Source: Clostridia bacterium (GTDB lineage: Bacteria > Bacillota > Peptococcia > Peptococcales > BICA1-8). Taken from it: a stretch of DNA of 64,000 nucleotides. Position 1 is the first letter of the stretch, and every line of letters starts with the position of its first letter. The stretch is from NCBI GenBank assembly GCA_030154225.1, contig JASKKI010000002.1, positions 21 through 64,020 of the forward strand, in the 5' to 3' direction. The notes below the pieces were generated by a model. That model saw nothing but the letters and a program-made list of their open reading frames with translations. It had not been told where the DNA came from and did not search any database. The position numbers and the translations under genes were made by a program. Shown here one piece after another: positions 63,437-64,000 of the stretch.

Positions 63437-64000
63437 TTAAAATCTTGTTAAATATTGATCCAGCTCCCATTGGTGTACCTTGCTGCGGTATTGATCCCAT
63501 TCCCATGTTTTAGCATCAATATATCTATTATAAACATGTTCACCTAAGGCCTTTCTGATTACTTCATCTTTTTTAAGCTCCGCAATAGCGGTAATCAGGT
63601 TATGGGGTAAACCTTCTATCCCCCTGGCCTCTCTTTCCTCTTCAGTCATTTCATAAATATTAGCATTAGTTGGTGCAGGTGGTTTAATTTTTTGTTCAAT
63701 TCCATTGAGACCAGCTTGTAAAACAACAGCCAGGGCAAAATAAGGGTTACAGGAAGGATCAGGGTTACGCAATTCAATTCGGGTAGAAGGACCTCTTTTG
63801 GCAGGAACCCTAATTAAAGGACTTCTATTTCTAGTTGACCAGGCAATATAAACGGGTGCCTCAAATCCGGGAACCAACCGTTTATACGAGTTTACAGTAG
63901 GATTGGTGATAGCAGTAATGGCTTTGATATGTTTCATAACCCCACCCATAAAATAATAAGCAATTTCCGATAGTTGTTCTTCACCATTAGGATCATAAAA
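63437..64000 (-). CDS. glnA: Glutamine synthetase type I, C-terminal part (N-terminus beyond the window end)
   Basis: The frame is open from nt 64000: FYDPNGEEQLSEIAYYFMGGVMKH..NPTVNSYKRLVPGFEAPVYIAWSTRNRSPLIRVP is canonical GlnA. The track lists only the part from the first Met. Confidence 0.9.
   Translation of the reverse strand, partial: FYDPNGEEQLSEIAYYFMGGVMKHIKAITAITNPTVNSYKRLVPGFEAPVYIAWSTRNRSPLIRVPAKRGPSTRIELRNPDPSCNPYFALAVVLQAGLNGIEQKIKPPAPTNANIYEMTEEEREARGIEGLPHNLITAIAELKKDEVIRKALGEHVYNRYIDAKTWEWDQYRSKVHQWELDQYLTRF

Overview
This window looks like a low-GC (roughly mid-30s percent by eye) chromosomal segment from a Firmicutes/Clostridia-like genome. It is densely coding, with most genes on the minus strand. 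I saw no rRNA, tRNA or CRISPR array. Gene content in order:
- a partial MobA-like nucleotidyltransferase, gntR and ispE
- a uracil permease with a PyrR-type attenuator
- a soluble MCP
- a polar amino-acid ABC transporter
- an SdpR/SdpI-like pair
- TrkH/KtrB
- a dsrK-J-O-P-M-type membrane redox complex, directly preceded by system II cytochrome c maturation genes (resB-ccsA) and an RsbRD_N-like protein
- a lone holin-amidase cassette
- a 4Fe-4S membrane protein
- a sigma factor with an anti-sigma kinase
- cbiL-cbiH-cbiX
- PspC and CAP-domain proteins
- a thiZXY-type ABC transporter behind a TPP riboswitch
- an OmpR/HK two-component system
- a small membrane protein that looks like a single KtrB-type pore repeat fused to RCK_C
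- KDG catabolism genes (eda-kdgK-adh-kduD-iclR) interrupted by a decayed IS110-family fragment
- a MacB-type ABC transporter with a 582-aa multidomain surface protein and a frameshifted lipoprotein
- metQNI behind a SAM-I riboswitch
- an L,D-transpeptidase and a DUF401-like membrane protein
- MATE-MarR
- metH-metF plus a separate MetH activation domain
- a five-ORF split glutamate synthase
- a GNAT acetyltransferase, a LysM protein and glnA (partial)

The most unusual content is non-coding. Several families of short intergenic repeats carry terminator-like hairpins. Above all, three tandem structured elements (about 175-230 nt) each carry their own divergent terminator hairpin, and together they fill every intergenic gap between glnA and the glutamate synthase operon.

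All homology statements come from motif recognition by eye; no database was searched. Hand-derived coordinates may be off by 1-3 nt.
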